Part shown: one piece after another, positions 50,826 through 59,597 of the stretch | How the letters are laid out: every line of letters starts with the position of its first letter | How positions within the stretch are numbered: the stretch's first letter is position 1 | Source: an uncultured delta proteobacterium | GTDB taxonomy: Bacteria; Desulfobacterota; BSN033; UBA1163 | Length of the DNA stretch: 64,000 nucleotides | Direction of reading: 5' to 3' | NCBI GenBank assembly: GCA_963827685.1 | Contig: CAWHBU010000005.1 | Coordinates: 256,001-320,000, forward strand | Made by a program: the position numbers and the translations under genes | Notes under the pieces: model-generated | Database searches by the model: none | Seen by the model: the letters and a program-made list of their open reading frames with translations, nothing else | What the model was told of the DNA's origin: nothing

Positions 50826-50921
50826 ACCCCGTTAGAAATTCCAGCGGGGCATTAAACCCAGCTGGAATTATTTAAAATGTAACCCCTCTGCAGAGTAGCA
50901 GGGCGTCATTTCTAACGGGGT
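50826..50921. repeat. About 96-bp palindromic element with 14-bp terminal inverted repeats
   Basis: accccgttagaaat ... atttctaacggggt, internal hairpin aattccagc/gctggaatt. Confidence 0.7.
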
Positions 50922-51093
50922 GAATTTAAAAAATATCTATGTGTATGATTTTTTTATCCTATGAAACATTATAAATTACAAGTAGTTATATAAAATAGCA
51001 ATGCCTATTACCTTATAAAATGTATATTCCTAATATACACAAAAAGTCTTTTGCCTTTTTTTTGTAAAATTTATAAGGTATATAATTTAGTAT

Positions 51094-51149
51094 AATCAAT
51101 ATATTACAAACTTTTTGTACCCTTTCCCAGGGTTGGCATTGCGTATGCA
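51094..51149 (+). promoter_or_regulatory. Sigma54 promoter with an upstream IHF-like site
   Basis: TGGCATTGCGTATGCA (51134-51149); AATCAATATATTA (51094-51106) fits WATCAANNNNTTR; AT-rich upstream region. Confidence 0.65.
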
Positions 51150-51206
51150 ATTACTAAGGTTGAGGTGACTCAAAAACCTCAACGGAAAAGAAAGGGGGAA
51201 TAGGCC

Positions 51207-51491
51207 ATGTTAGGAAGAAGACAAACTCTAAAGGTTGGGGTGATTGGAGCAGCGATGACACTTCTGGCGACTCCTGCATTTGCCAGGTCTATTGAATTGA
51301 AAGGAGCCGGCACTGCCCTCTGGATCTTCTTGATTATCGGTGCCATCATCGTTCTTCTCCAGTTGATCCCGGCACTGATCCTCTTCTTCAGCTTTATCGG
51401 TACCGCCACCACAGCAGCCATGAAGAAAGAGAAGAAGGTGGAGGAGGAAGTTACTCTTTCAGGTACTGAGCCTGTAGCCGTGAAGAAATAA
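51207..51491 (+). CDS. Small membrane protein with a signal-peptide-like N-terminus
   Basis: RR near the start, ATPAFA cleavage-like site, hydrophobic LQLIPA segment; SD present. Confidence 0.7.
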   Translation: MLGRRQTLKVGVIGAAMTLLATPAFARSIELKGAGTALWIFLIIGAIIVLLQLIPALILFFSFIGTATTAAMKKEKKVEEEVTLSGTEPVAVKK

Positions 51492-51583
51492 GGGTGACAG
51501 AAGTTTATGGTTATGGTAAAAGGATTATATTTAGGCTGACAGTAAGATCTAATACCTGTCATCCTCAAAGAGAGGAGGGAGCA

Positions 51584-51805
51584 ATGAATATCAAATTAAG
51601 CGCCGCTAACATAGTGAGTATCATTATTCTTATGTGCATCCTGGCAGCCATGGTATCGATTGCCGTGATGCAGGTTGTACGGACTGTCGAGGATATAGGT
51701 CCCAAAATTTATGTTGTGGGAGGAGCCGTCGTTGTCGTCGGAGCGATCATTCCTATCATGTTAACCATCCTCGTTAAACATATGAAGAAAATGAATCAAG
51801 ATTAG
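51584..51805 (+). CDS. Small two-TM membrane protein
   Basis: SD GAGGAGG; two hydrophobic helices. Confidence 0.6.
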   Translation: MNIKLSAANIVSIIILMCILAAMVSIAVMQVVRTVEDIGPKIYVVGGAVVVVGAIIPIMLTILVKHMKKMNQD

Positions 51806-51852
51806 GAAATCTTGTTTTGCAGTTGACAATTTGCTGTTCCCCCCGATATATA

Positions 51853-51888
51853 AAAAGAGCAGGGAGAATTTAACCCCTGCTCTTTTTT
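51853..51888. terminator. Bidirectional terminator-like hairpin
   Basis: aaaagagcaggg / ccctgctcttttt. Confidence 0.7.
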
Positions 51889-51891
51889 ATT

Positions 51892-52572
51892 ATGCCCGAA
51901 AATAATTTCATCGAATTGATTAACGCTACAAAGATTTATCACCAGGGCGAAAATCCGGTGGTCGCTCTGGACCACGTCAATTTAAACGTCTCAAGGAGAG
52001 AGTTTTTAGCCATCACAGGCAAAAGTGGTTGCGGAAAATCTACCTTGATTAACATCATTGGGGGGCTGGATTCTCCGGATCAGGGCCAGGTGATGATCAG
52101 CGGTGAAGACATCTCCTTGATGGATGACCGCCGGTTGACCCTTTATCGAAGAGACCGGGTCGGCATTATCTTCCAATTTTTCAATCTCCTGCCCATTCTC
52201 AACCTCGAAGAGAATATCGTCCTTCCTCACCTTCTACGAGAAGGCTCGAATCCTCCGGCCGATAAAATTGAACACCTCCTTCATCAAATGGATCTCTATG
52301 AAAGAAGGTATCATCATCCTCATGAACTTTCAGGAGGGGAGATGCAACGGGTGGCCATCTGCCGTGCCTTGATCAACGATCCCGAAATCATTCTCGCTGA
52401 TGAGCCTACAGGTAATCTCGATTCGACCTCAGGGAAACAGGTTTTGGAGATCTTGCGGCGACTACGGGAGGAGCAAGGAAAGACCATCATCCTGGTTACC
52501 CATAGCCAGGAAGGGGCAGCCATGGCTGATCGGGTCATCAAAATGAGCGATGGCAGGCTTCACACGGAATAA
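51892..52572 (+). CDS. ABC transporter ATP-binding protein (LolD/SalX-like)
   Basis: GKSGCGKS, LSGGEMQR, ADEPTGNLD. Confidence 0.93.
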   Translation: MPENNFIELINATKIYHQGENPVVALDHVNLNVSRREFLAITGKSGCGKSTLINIIGGLDSPDQGQVMISGEDISLMDDRRLTLYRRDRVGIIFQFFNLLPILNLEENIVLPHLLREGSNPPADKIEHLLHQMDLYERRYHHPHELSGGEMQRVAICRALINDPEIILADEPTGNLDSTSGKQVLEILRRLREEQGKTIILVTHSQEGAAMADRVIKMSDGRLHTE

Positions 52573-52668
52573 ATCCCCCTTCAATCCCCCCGCCTACCGG
52601 CAGGCAGGCTTTTCCCAAGGGGGAAATCCTGTCCCCCTCTTTAACAAAGAGGGGCGAGGGGAGATTTC

Positions 52669-55227
52669 ATGACACTATTATACCTCCTCAAAAACATCAC
52701 CCTCCGCCACCTTCGCCACCATAAAGGAAGAACCATTCTTTCTATTATAGGGATCGCCCTTGGAGTCGCTGTCTTTATCAGCGTCCAGACGGCCATCCAC
52801 ACCGCCATCGAATCCTTCAATGCTTCCGTGGACCATGTCTCGGGGAAAGCCAATCTCCAGGTCACCTCTTTCGGAAGAGGTTTTACGGAAAAGGTTTATC
52901 TCAAGGTAAAAAAAGTTCCCGGAATCAAAGCGGCCACACCCGTCATTCAATATGTCACCAAGATGGATGAACCCATTGGAGAACCCCTCTACCTTCTTGG
53001 GATCGACGTCTTTAGTGATCGGCCTTTTAGAGAATATCAGTTTTACGAGCCCTATGACGAGGGCCTCCTTTTTTTGAAAAGCCGTAATTCAATCGCCATC
53101 ACAGAAAAATTGGCCAATCGACATGGATTGAAAAAAGGAGAAAAAATCACCCTCATCGTGGGTTCAAAAAAAGTGACTTTCGTCATCACAAACCTTTTAA
53201 GGATGGAGGGGCCGGCCAAATCATTGGAAGGAAATTTTGGCCTCATTGACATCGCCTCTGCTCAGGAAGCCCTGGAAAAGGTAGGCCTCATCGACCGAAT
53301 TGATCTAATAGTGGACAAATCCATACCTATAGAGGGGATAGAGAGAGAATTGAGAAAGGTGATCCCCGCTGGGGTCGAAGTTCGCCGGTCCGATACCCGG
53401 AGCGGGCAGATCGAAAAGATGGTTTCTGCCTTCCACCTCAATCTCACCGCCCTCAGCTTCATCTCTTTAATTGTGGGAATGTTCTTGATCTACAATGCCA
53501 TTTCGATCTCCATCATTCAGAGGAGGAGGGAGATCGGAATTCTAAGAAGCATCGGACTCACCCGCCCTCAGGTCCTCACTCTTTTCATCGGTGAGGCAGC
53601 ATGGATCGGATGTTTGGGAAGTCTGGTTGGAATAGGAGTCGGGTTAGGATTGGCAAAGCTTATGCTCTATCTGGTCTCCAGAACGATCACCGCCCTCTAT
53701 ATCCTGGTCAAGGCAGAGCATCTCATAATCTCTCCATCCGTTTTAATGGCAGGGTTTGGGATAGGAGTGTTTGCTTCCGTCCTTTCCTCGATCGGCCCTG
53801 CAAGAGAAGCCTCCAAGATTGCACCCAAGGAGGCCTTGGCGCTTGGAACCCTTGAAACAAAAATAAAAATCCGTCTCGGCCGTTTCAGTCTCATCGGCAT
53901 GGGTCTTCTCATCCTTTCACTCATCTTTGCGCTCCAGAAGCCCATCGATCATCAGCCTATCTTCGGCTTCTTGGCTGCCCTTCTCATCCTCATTGGAGTC
54001 TCCTTCCTGATCCCTTCTGTCACCACCCTCTTGAACCGTCTCCTTGCTCCGCTTCTCCACTTCCTATTCGGATCTGAAGGAAAACTGGCAAGTCGATACA
54101 TCCATGACTCCATGGCCAGAACCGTGATCACCATCGCTGCATTGATGACCGCCCTCTCCATGCTCATCAGCATCTCCATCATGATCTTGAGCTTCCGAAA
54201 GACGGTTGACCTTTGGGTGGAACAATCGATCAATGGGGATGTGTTCATCTTCCCCGGCTCCTATTCCATCACGGGTTATTCCGCTCTCCTCCCTCTTGAG
54301 GTCTCAAGGGGACTGCCTTTTCTTCCCGGAGTCAAAGCCGTGGATTCCTTCAGGGCCTTGGAGGTTGAATATCAAGGCCAGCCTGCTCTGATTGCCTCTG
54401 TGAATGGAGAGGTTTTTCTCAACATGAAGGTTATTCGTTTCACCCGAGGGAATCCTCGGACTATTCTCCGACAGTTCGCCGCTGGCCAAGCCATTCTCGT
54501 CACGGAGAGTTTCTCTCTCAGACATCAAGTCAAGGCCGGAGACCGGATTAAACTCAACACACCGCAGGGTGAAAAGGAATTTCTCATTTCGGGAGTCTTC
54601 TACGATTATTCCTCGGATTGGGGAATGGTCTTATTGGAGAAAAAACTCTTTCAATCACTGTGGAAGGATGAAACGCTTCATAGCGCTGGCATTTATTTAA
54701 AGGAAGGGTTTTCCCCTGAGAAATTTAAGGAGATCATTCGAGAGAGATATTCAAAACCTTATCGGCTCTTTGTGGTCTCCCATCGTGAATTGCGAAATGA
54801 GGTTCTGAAGATCTTTGACCAGACTTTTTCCATCACCTATGCCCTTGAATTCATCGCCATCATCGTGGCCATTCTTGGAATCATCAACTCCTTGAATGCC
54901 CTGATCATCGAAAGGCAGCGGGATATCGGGATCGTCCGGGCCGTGGGCGCATTCCGGAGGCAAATTGAGAAGACCATCCTGATCGAGGCAGGGATGATCG
55001 GTTTCTTCAGCCATATCTTCGGCCTCCTCTGTGGTTTTCTTCTCTCTATTCTTCTCATCTACGTCATCAATAAGCAATCCTTTGGATGGACCATTCAGTT
55101 CTCCATTCCGCTTTGGAGTCTTATAGAGTCCTGGTTAGTGGTGATGCTCACTTCCATCGGCGCGGGCTTCATCCCAGCCCGTCGGGCTGCAAAAATGAAT
55201 ATGGTGGAATCGTTAAGGATGGAATAA
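52669..55227 (+). CDS. ABC transporter permease with two FtsX/MacB domains
   Basis: GIALGVA, RRREIGILRSIG, RDIGIVRAVG, FGWTI. Confidence 0.9.
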   Translation: MTLLYLLKNITLRHLRHHKGRTILSIIGIALGVAVFISVQTAIHTAIESFNASVDHVSGKANLQVTSFGRGFTEKVYLKVKKVPGIKAATPVIQYVTKMDEPIGEPLYLLGIDVFSDRPFREYQFYEPYDEGLLFLKSRNSIAITEKLANRHGLKKGEKITLIVGSKKVTFVITNLLRMEGPAKSLEGNFGLIDIASAQEALEKVGLIDRIDLIVDKSIPIEGIERELRKVIPAGVEVRRSDTRSGQIEKMVSAFHLNLTALSFISLIVGMFLIYNAISISIIQRRREIGILRSIGLTRPQVLTLFIGEAAWIGCLGSLVGIGVGLGLAKLMLYLVSRTITALYILVKAEHLIISPSVLMAGFGIGVFASVLSSIGPAREASKIAPKEALALGTLETKIKIRLGRFSLIGMGLLILSLIFALQKPIDHQPIFGFLAALLILIGVSFLIPSVTTLLNRLLAPLLHFLFGSEGKLASRYIHDSMARTVITIAALMTALSMLISISIMILSFRKTVDLWVEQSINGDVFIFPGSYSITGYSALLPLEVSRGLPFLPGVKAVDSFRALEVEYQGQPALIASVNGEVFLNMKVIRFTRGNPRTILRQFAAGQAILVTESFSLRHQVKAGDRIKLNTPQGEKEFLISGVFYDYSSDWGMVLLEKKLFQSLWKDETLHSAGIYLKEGFSPEKFKEIIRERYSKPYRLFVVSHRELRNEVLKIFDQTFSITYALEFIAIIVAILGIINSLNALIIERQRDIGIVRAVGAFRRQIEKTILIEAGMIGFFSHIFGLLCGFLLSILLIYVINKQSFGWTIQFSIPLWSLIESWLVVMLTSIGAGFIPARRAAKMNMVESLRME

Positions 55228-55273
55228 GAATAAGTTAAGAGGTAAGAGTTAAAAGGTAAGAGTTACGAGTTAT

Positions 55274-55405
55274 GGATATGGAGTATGTGCTGTCCTCTGC
55301 CCTTCCTCAGCCGTAAAATTGGTGAGAAAGTCTGACGCCATTCCACCAAAGGACTTCAAAGAATTGCACCGAGAGATTTTGAAGGAAAGAAAACCCGCAG
55401 CATAA
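55274..55405 (+). pseudogene. C-terminal remnant of a 4Fe-4S binding protein (second copy at 59343-59449)
   Basis: GYGVCAVLCPSSAVKLVRKSDAIPPKDFKELHREILKERKPAA*; the stop codon overlaps the attC R' box. Confidence 0.55.
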
Positions 55406-55460
55406 CACAACGCTCACCGGGGGCCGGATTGATCGGCATCCGCTGGAAGCGTTGTTACCC
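55400..55460 (-). other. attC site 1
   Basis: Minus strand GGGTAAC aacgcttccagcgg...ccggtgagcgtt GTTATGC; R'' matches the cassette start GTTACCC at 56142. Confidence 0.75.
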
Positions 55461-55465
55461 CGTCC

Positions 55466-55750
55466 CTATGCCGCCTTTTTGAGAGTGACATGCATGCCAG
55501 CTCTCGTCGCAAGGGTAATAATCATTTCGAGGCTAAATCTCTCCCATTTGCCTCTGATCAAGTCTGAAACCCTGGATTGACTAACGCCGAGGATCTCCGC
55601 AGCCTTGGCCTGCGTTAGCCTCTTGGCTTTGATGAATTTCCGGAGATCGGCCATAAGATCGGCACGCATCTGAAGAATTGCGGCTTCATCCGGAGAATAC
55701 CCGAGGTCAATGAATACGTTTCCAGAAGATTTAACAGCAACCTCGCTCAT
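55466..55750 (-). CDS. higA: XRE/HTH antitoxin (HigA-like)
   Basis: SSGNVFIDLG, LTQAKAAEILGVSQSRVSDL. Confidence 0.85.
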   Translation of the reverse strand: MSEVAVKSSGNVFIDLGYSPDEAAILQMRADLMADLRKFIKAKRLTQAKAAEILGVSQSRVSDLIRGKWERFSLEMIITLATRAGMHVTLKKAA

Positions 55751-56067
55751 AAATTACCTCCAATCTGCCTGTACCGCTGGCGAGCCAAATCAATATCATG
55801 CCGGCTCGTTTTTCGAGTCTTCTTTTGAAATGCGTGAAGCACATAAACCGCTTCGCGAAGCTTAGCAACATAGATTACTCGCCACTCGCCCAAGACGTGG
55901 ATACGGATTTCCTTCACGCCTGGGCCGATCACCTGCATTGGTTTCCAATCGCTTGGTTCAAGTCCGTTTTGGACCGCACGGAGTTCGAAGCCTGCGGCAC
56001 GGCGAGCTTCATCGGGAAAGTTCCGAAGATCATCGAGGCTCGATCCCACGAAGTTCAACGGCTTCAT
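55747..56067 (-). CDS. higB: RelE/ParE-superfamily toxin (HigB/Gp49-like)
   Basis: DWKPM..IGPGVKEIRI...RVIY...VLHAFQKKT; 4-nt overlap with the antitoxin. Confidence 0.85.
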   Translation of the reverse strand: MKPLNFVGSSLDDLRNFPDEARRAAGFELRAVQNGLEPSDWKPMQVIGPGVKEIRIHVLGEWRVIYVAKLREAVYVLHAFQKKTRKTSRHDIDLARQRYRQIGGNL

Positions 56068-56080
56068 AGTCACCAGAATA

Positions 56081-56100
56081 TTATATAAGTTTTTATATAT
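56081..56100 (-). promoter_or_regulatory. Palindromic TA operator/promoter
   Basis: tatataa-gttt-ttatata upstream of the toxin gene. Confidence 0.55.
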
Positions 56101-56142
56101 TTAGCAAGTCCAATGATTAAGGTCCTTATCGTGCGGGGTAAC

Positions 56143-57945
56143 GAGCCTGTAGAAAAAGTCGGTTTTTTAAAAACCGCTTCTTCTGCTGGATCAAAAATAG
56201 GAAATTATTTTCTGTCATCAAAAGTTTTTCCGATTCTTGGCGAAATGTTCGTCTTTTCATGATATTTTTCTTACCACAGTATCATATCACCTAATCCGAC
56301 TCCGTTCACGCAAGCTCCAGACCGTATCGATGCACTTTAAATAGATTGTGCACCGCACAGTAGAGTAACCACTGGGTGTTCACTTTTCGTTTCCCTCGAA
56401 GGGTAAATCGGTTCAACCCTAAGGTAGAGCAAATATTCCCAAATACAGGCTCTGCCGTTCCGAGTCTCCTGTCGTAGATGAGTCTGCCTTTTATCGAATC
56501 TATTTTGCGCTTCATCTTCTGGGTAAACGTCTCCGGCTTCGACTCCGCACTCCCCTGAAAGAAGTACACCTGTCTTGCCTCCGTTCTGTCCGGATGTCTC
56601 AGGCATCTCTCCCGTAGTCCGCAGATCCGACAGTCGGTCTTTCTCCCATGAAACTTGATGGCCCGCTGACCGTTGACCACCACATTCCCCCCATTGCGAT
56701 ACAGGCGCTTACCCCCAGGACAGATGCAATGAGTCTTGTCTTCGCTGATCGTAAAATCCCTGTGTGGCCTGTATAAGTCGGCCACTCCGTAGTACTCAGC
56801 CCTCTCCTTTCTGAATTGCTCTTTGTATTTGTCAACGTCCGAAAACCGCGGGTCCCGCTTCCGAAACTGCGTGTCTGCAATATAGGCATCGATCCCTTGC
56901 CCCATGACCTCCTTCATATTCGCCTCGGTATGAAACCCACTGTCCGCTGTGAGCTTTGCTTTCTCGAAGATATCCTGTTTAATGCCGACGGCCTCGAAGT
57001 TCTCCCTCGTCCCCTCGAGCATAGGAAGAAGAAGATCATGTTCCTGCGCTGCTCCAAATGCCTCCGCATGTACAACCACCTGGTGCTTTCCGTCTACCAC
57101 CGCTACCCCATCGTAACCCTGGATCACCCCGTGCGAGGTCTTCATCTTGGCGCTCTCATTGTCCGTGATGTTGCTCTTCACGGGCTTACCGCTCTTGCCA
57201 GGTTTGTCCTCGTTTTCTCGTAGCCATGCCTTTATCTTCTTTACCTTCCCCCGAAGGGTCTCCACATACTGCTCTTCTTGCTCCATCACTCCCCGGTCCG
57301 CCTCGGTAACATCCACCTCCCGATGCCGCTTGACAATCTGCCTGATCACCTTCTCCATCTTCTCTCTTTTCTTCTCCAGTTCTTTCTTCGTCCCGCTCCA
57401 TTCTTTCGAGGCGTTTGAAGGCAGCTTGCAGCCATCCACTGCAAACATCTCTTTCCCGATCAGCCCCATCTCATCGCAGATCAACAGTATCTCTAGAAAC
57501 AGATGGATGATCTCCTGGCCCGAGGTCGAAATGAAGTCTGAGATCGTCGTAAAATGCGGCTGCGTATCCGCCGAGAGCGCCATGAAGATAACATTCTCTT
57601 GACAACACTGCGCTATCTTTCGGCTCGAGGTGATTCCTCGTGAGTACACATACAGGATAATCTTTAATAGGACGGCGGGATCGTATGCCGGCGCTCCCAT
57701 CTCGTCGTTTCGGTACCGGCAATCAAAAATCGACAGGTCTATCTCGTTGTCAATGAGGTAATGAAGGCTATACTCAAACGTCCCGGGTAAGATCTGTCGG
57801 TCAAAGTGGATCGGTATGAACTTTCCCTGTGAATAATCAAACTCTTTGTATCTCGCCATCCAGTCCCTCCTAAGCGGTCTCCGCTCTCTTTGCCGCTACT
57901 GATATGGCGATTTTATCATGCTTTTAAGACTTTTTCTACAGCCTC
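56143..57945 (-). mobile_element. IS1182-family insertion sequence (1803 bp) with 18-bp IRs and AAC duplication
   Basis: GAGCCTGTAGAAAAAGTC (56143) / GACTTTTTCTACAGCCTC (57928-57945), flanked by aac on both sides. Confidence 0.9.
56306..57859 (-). CDS. IS1182-family DDE transposase
   Basis: GAPAYDP..LLK..LY...SSRKI (DUF772), VDGCK, ADSGF, AEPVFGNI. Confidence 0.92.
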   Translation of the reverse strand: MARYKEFDYSQGKFIPIHFDRQILPGTFEYSLHYLIDNEIDLSIFDCRYRNDEMGAPAYDPAVLLKIILYVYSRGITSSRKIAQCCQENVIFMALSADTQPHFTTISDFISTSGQEIIHLFLEILLICDEMGLIGKEMFAVDGCKLPSNASKEWSGTKKELEKKREKMEKVIRQIVKRHREVDVTEADRGVMEQEEQYVETLRGKVKKIKAWLRENEDKPGKSGKPVKSNITDNESAKMKTSHGVIQGYDGVAVVDGKHQVVVHAEAFGAAQEHDLLLPMLEGTRENFEAVGIKQDIFEKAKLTADSGFHTEANMKEVMGQGIDAYIADTQFRKRDPRFSDVDKYKEQFRKERAEYYGVADLYRPHRDFTISEDKTHCICPGGKRLYRNGGNVVVNGQRAIKFHGRKTDCRICGLRERCLRHPDRTEARQVYFFQGSAESKPETFTQKMKRKIDSIKGRLIYDRRLGTAEPVFGNICSTLGLNRFTLRGKRKVNTQWLLYCAVHNLFKVHRYGLELA

Positions 57946-58006
57946 AACGCCAGCATAAGGGGCGCGGCGGCTTTTTGCTTTGTCCTTCTTTAGCGAATGG
58001 TTAGCT
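57946..58006 (-). other. attC site 2, interrupted by the IS at its R' GTT
   Basis: Minus strand AGCTAAC ... ttatgctggc GTT|IS; R'' matches the cassette start GTTAGCT at 58561. Confidence 0.65.
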
Positions 58007-58007
58007 G

Positions 58008-58547
58008 TCAGTCGCTCAACCACACTCTTATAAAACGCTTCGTATTATTATCCCAATAGAAAAGGGATGCCGCGCTTTCAAACCTATAGTAAAGGATGGA
58101 GGGGGTCTTTATTGTGATCTTTGACCTCGGTTCCGTTTTTCCAACGCAGTCATTCCCAACCTCTATACAGAGATACTGGTGCGTGCCTGGTGCGAGTACT
58201 TTTAACCCCATCCCTAAGTCAACATTGGGGTACTTCGGTCCCCAATCAATTACGTCCAGGGTTACCCACCTGAAACCCCCCTTGCCATCGGACAACCATA
58301 CCAAAAGGCCTTGGCCACTGAACTTTGTGCTCTTAAACAAGAATGCCTCATCTTGCACCCCGTCACCGTTGAAATCGGCGGTGGCCCAGGCCAATTTCGT
58401 TGGTGACTTGCTCCGCTCTTGATCAGCTAATTCATTTTCAGTCGGATAGCGCCAGCCATCAGGAGGTCTGTCGGCTCCAACCGTATAATCTGGAGACCAC
58501 AGGAACAGGGCGCAGCAGACTGTGAGTGATAGAATAAATCCTTTCAT
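58008..58547 (-). CDS. Exported hypothetical protein (cassette ORF)
   Basis: Signal peptide, ADFNGDG motif, ends WLSD; bounded by cassette boxes. Confidence 0.75.
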   Translation of the reverse strand: MKGFILSLTVCCALFLWSPDYTVGADRPPDGWRYPTENELADQERSKSPTKLAWATADFNGDGVQDEAFLFKSTKFSGQGLLVWLSDGKGGFRWVTLDVIDWGPKYPNVDLGMGLKVLAPGTHQYLCIEVGNDCVGKTEPRSKITIKTPSILYYRFESAASLFYWDNNTKRFIRVWLSD

Positions 58548-58561
58548 AAATGATAGCTAAC

Positions 58562-58721
58562 GAGCCTGTAGAAAAACCCCCTCACTGCGATTAAGGGATG
58601 GTTTTCTGGGGGTCTCTTGACCCCTCCTCAGCATGAGATCGTCGCATACAGAGCATCCCGAAGGGTCGTATCTTCTTCCAACTAACCGCATTCGTGCGAG
58701 ATTGACTTTCTCTACAGCCTA
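58562..58721. mobile_element. 160-bp MITE with IS1182-type ends inserted in attC 3
   Basis: GAGCCTGTAGAAAAA ... GACTTTCTCTACAGCCTA, flanked by aac/aac. Confidence 0.8.
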
Positions 58722-58780
58722 AACATCGCAGCTCCCCGGCCGCCAAGTTACTGGCGGTTGGGTGTAGCCGCAGGTAAGAA
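58722..58780 (-). other. attC site 3 (degenerate R'')
   Basis: TTCTTAC versus the cassette start GTTAGAA at 59286; stem ccggccgcc/ggcggttgg. Confidence 0.55.
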
Positions 58781-58789
58781 GAAGTTTTT

Positions 58790-59266
58790 CTAATCACGTT
58801 GCAGTGAGCGAAGAAATTTAAGGATATCACGAATTATTTCCTTAAACGTATACCTGTCAGTAGCGCTATCTACACATTCTTCCGCATGATTATTTGTAAT
58901 ATCAGTTTCTGACAGTTCGAATTTACCTTGTTCTATTTGACTCAAAAGGTCCTTGGCTTTCTCTACATCCTTTTCGTCAACCTGAATCGCAACAGGACCA
59001 ACTATTGGGTTAAACCCGGTACCTAAGCGGCCTCCTGCAAATAAGTCCTGCAACCCTTCGCCTTTAACATAATATTTGATACCTTCAGATTCGAAAAGTG
59101 ACTTGGCAAATGCAATATAAGCAGGATCGCCTGTTTCATACACAGTCACAAATCTAATAAATTCAGACTCTATTCCAGGAGGAGACTCATTAACAAGGGC
59201 CACATTGCACGTTGAACATACAGTAATTCCCTCGATATATTCAGCACCGCAATTTGGACAAAACAC
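58790..59266 (-). CDS. Zinc-ribbon + DUF2007-like protein (cassette ORF)
   Basis: FCPNCGAEY...C..C; KSLFESEGI; IQVDEKD.EKA; SD AGGAG. Confidence 0.8.
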   Translation of the reverse strand: MFCPNCGAEYIEGITVCSTCNVALVNESPPGIESEFIRFVTVYETGDPAYIAFAKSLFESEGIKYYVKGEGLQDLFAGGRLGTGFNPIVGPVAIQVDEKDVEKAKDLLSQIEQGKFELSETDITNNHAEECVDSATDRYTFKEIIRDILKFLRSLQRD

Positions 59267-59286
59267 TTATATCTCCTAATTCTAAC

Positions 59287-59342
59287 GAGCCTGTAGAAAA
59301 AACCCCTCAATACGATTGAGGGATGGTTTTCGGGGGTCGGTT
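59287..59342. mobile_element. Left half of a second IS1182-type MITE at a cassette junction
   Basis: ctaac|GAGCCTGTAGAAAAAACCCCTCA...GGGATGGTTTT, similar to 58562-58615. Confidence 0.7.
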
Positions 59343-59443
59343 GCCCTTCCTCAGCCGTAAAGTTGGTGAGAAAGTCTGACGCCATTCCTCCAAAAGACTT
59401 TAAAGAATTGCACCAAGAGATTTTGAAGGAAAGAAAATCCGCA

Positions 59444-59506
59444 GCATGACGCTAACGCTCACCGGGGGCCGGATTGATCGGCATCCGGTGGCGCCGCTTG
59501 TTAGCG
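59444..59506 (-). other. attC site 4, near-copy of attC 1
   Basis: CGCTAAC ... caccggatgccgatcaatccggcccccggtgagcg ... GTCATGC. Confidence 0.7.
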
Positions 59507-59597
59507 AATGGTTACCTATCTCCCCGTTCGCTCATTATCTTCTCTTGTCGTCCCTTTGTTCACGCAGTACGTAAATGGAGCCCTCATAGCCATAGAG

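Noticed and set aside
51892-55227. ABC exporter as the RiPP transporter
   Set aside because: It is separated from the RiPP locus by terminators and a sigma54 unit, and belongs to the conserved ABC/AttH cluster.
5721-55272. Short-period repeats as a CRISPR array
   Set aside because: There are no identical 23-47-nt repeats with unique spacers and no cas genes.
59287-59450. Group IIC-attC intron fragment, or the 59170-59385 ORF as a real gene
   Set aside because: No GTGCG start, domain V or RT; the segment is explained by a MITE half plus the ferredoxin-tail copy.
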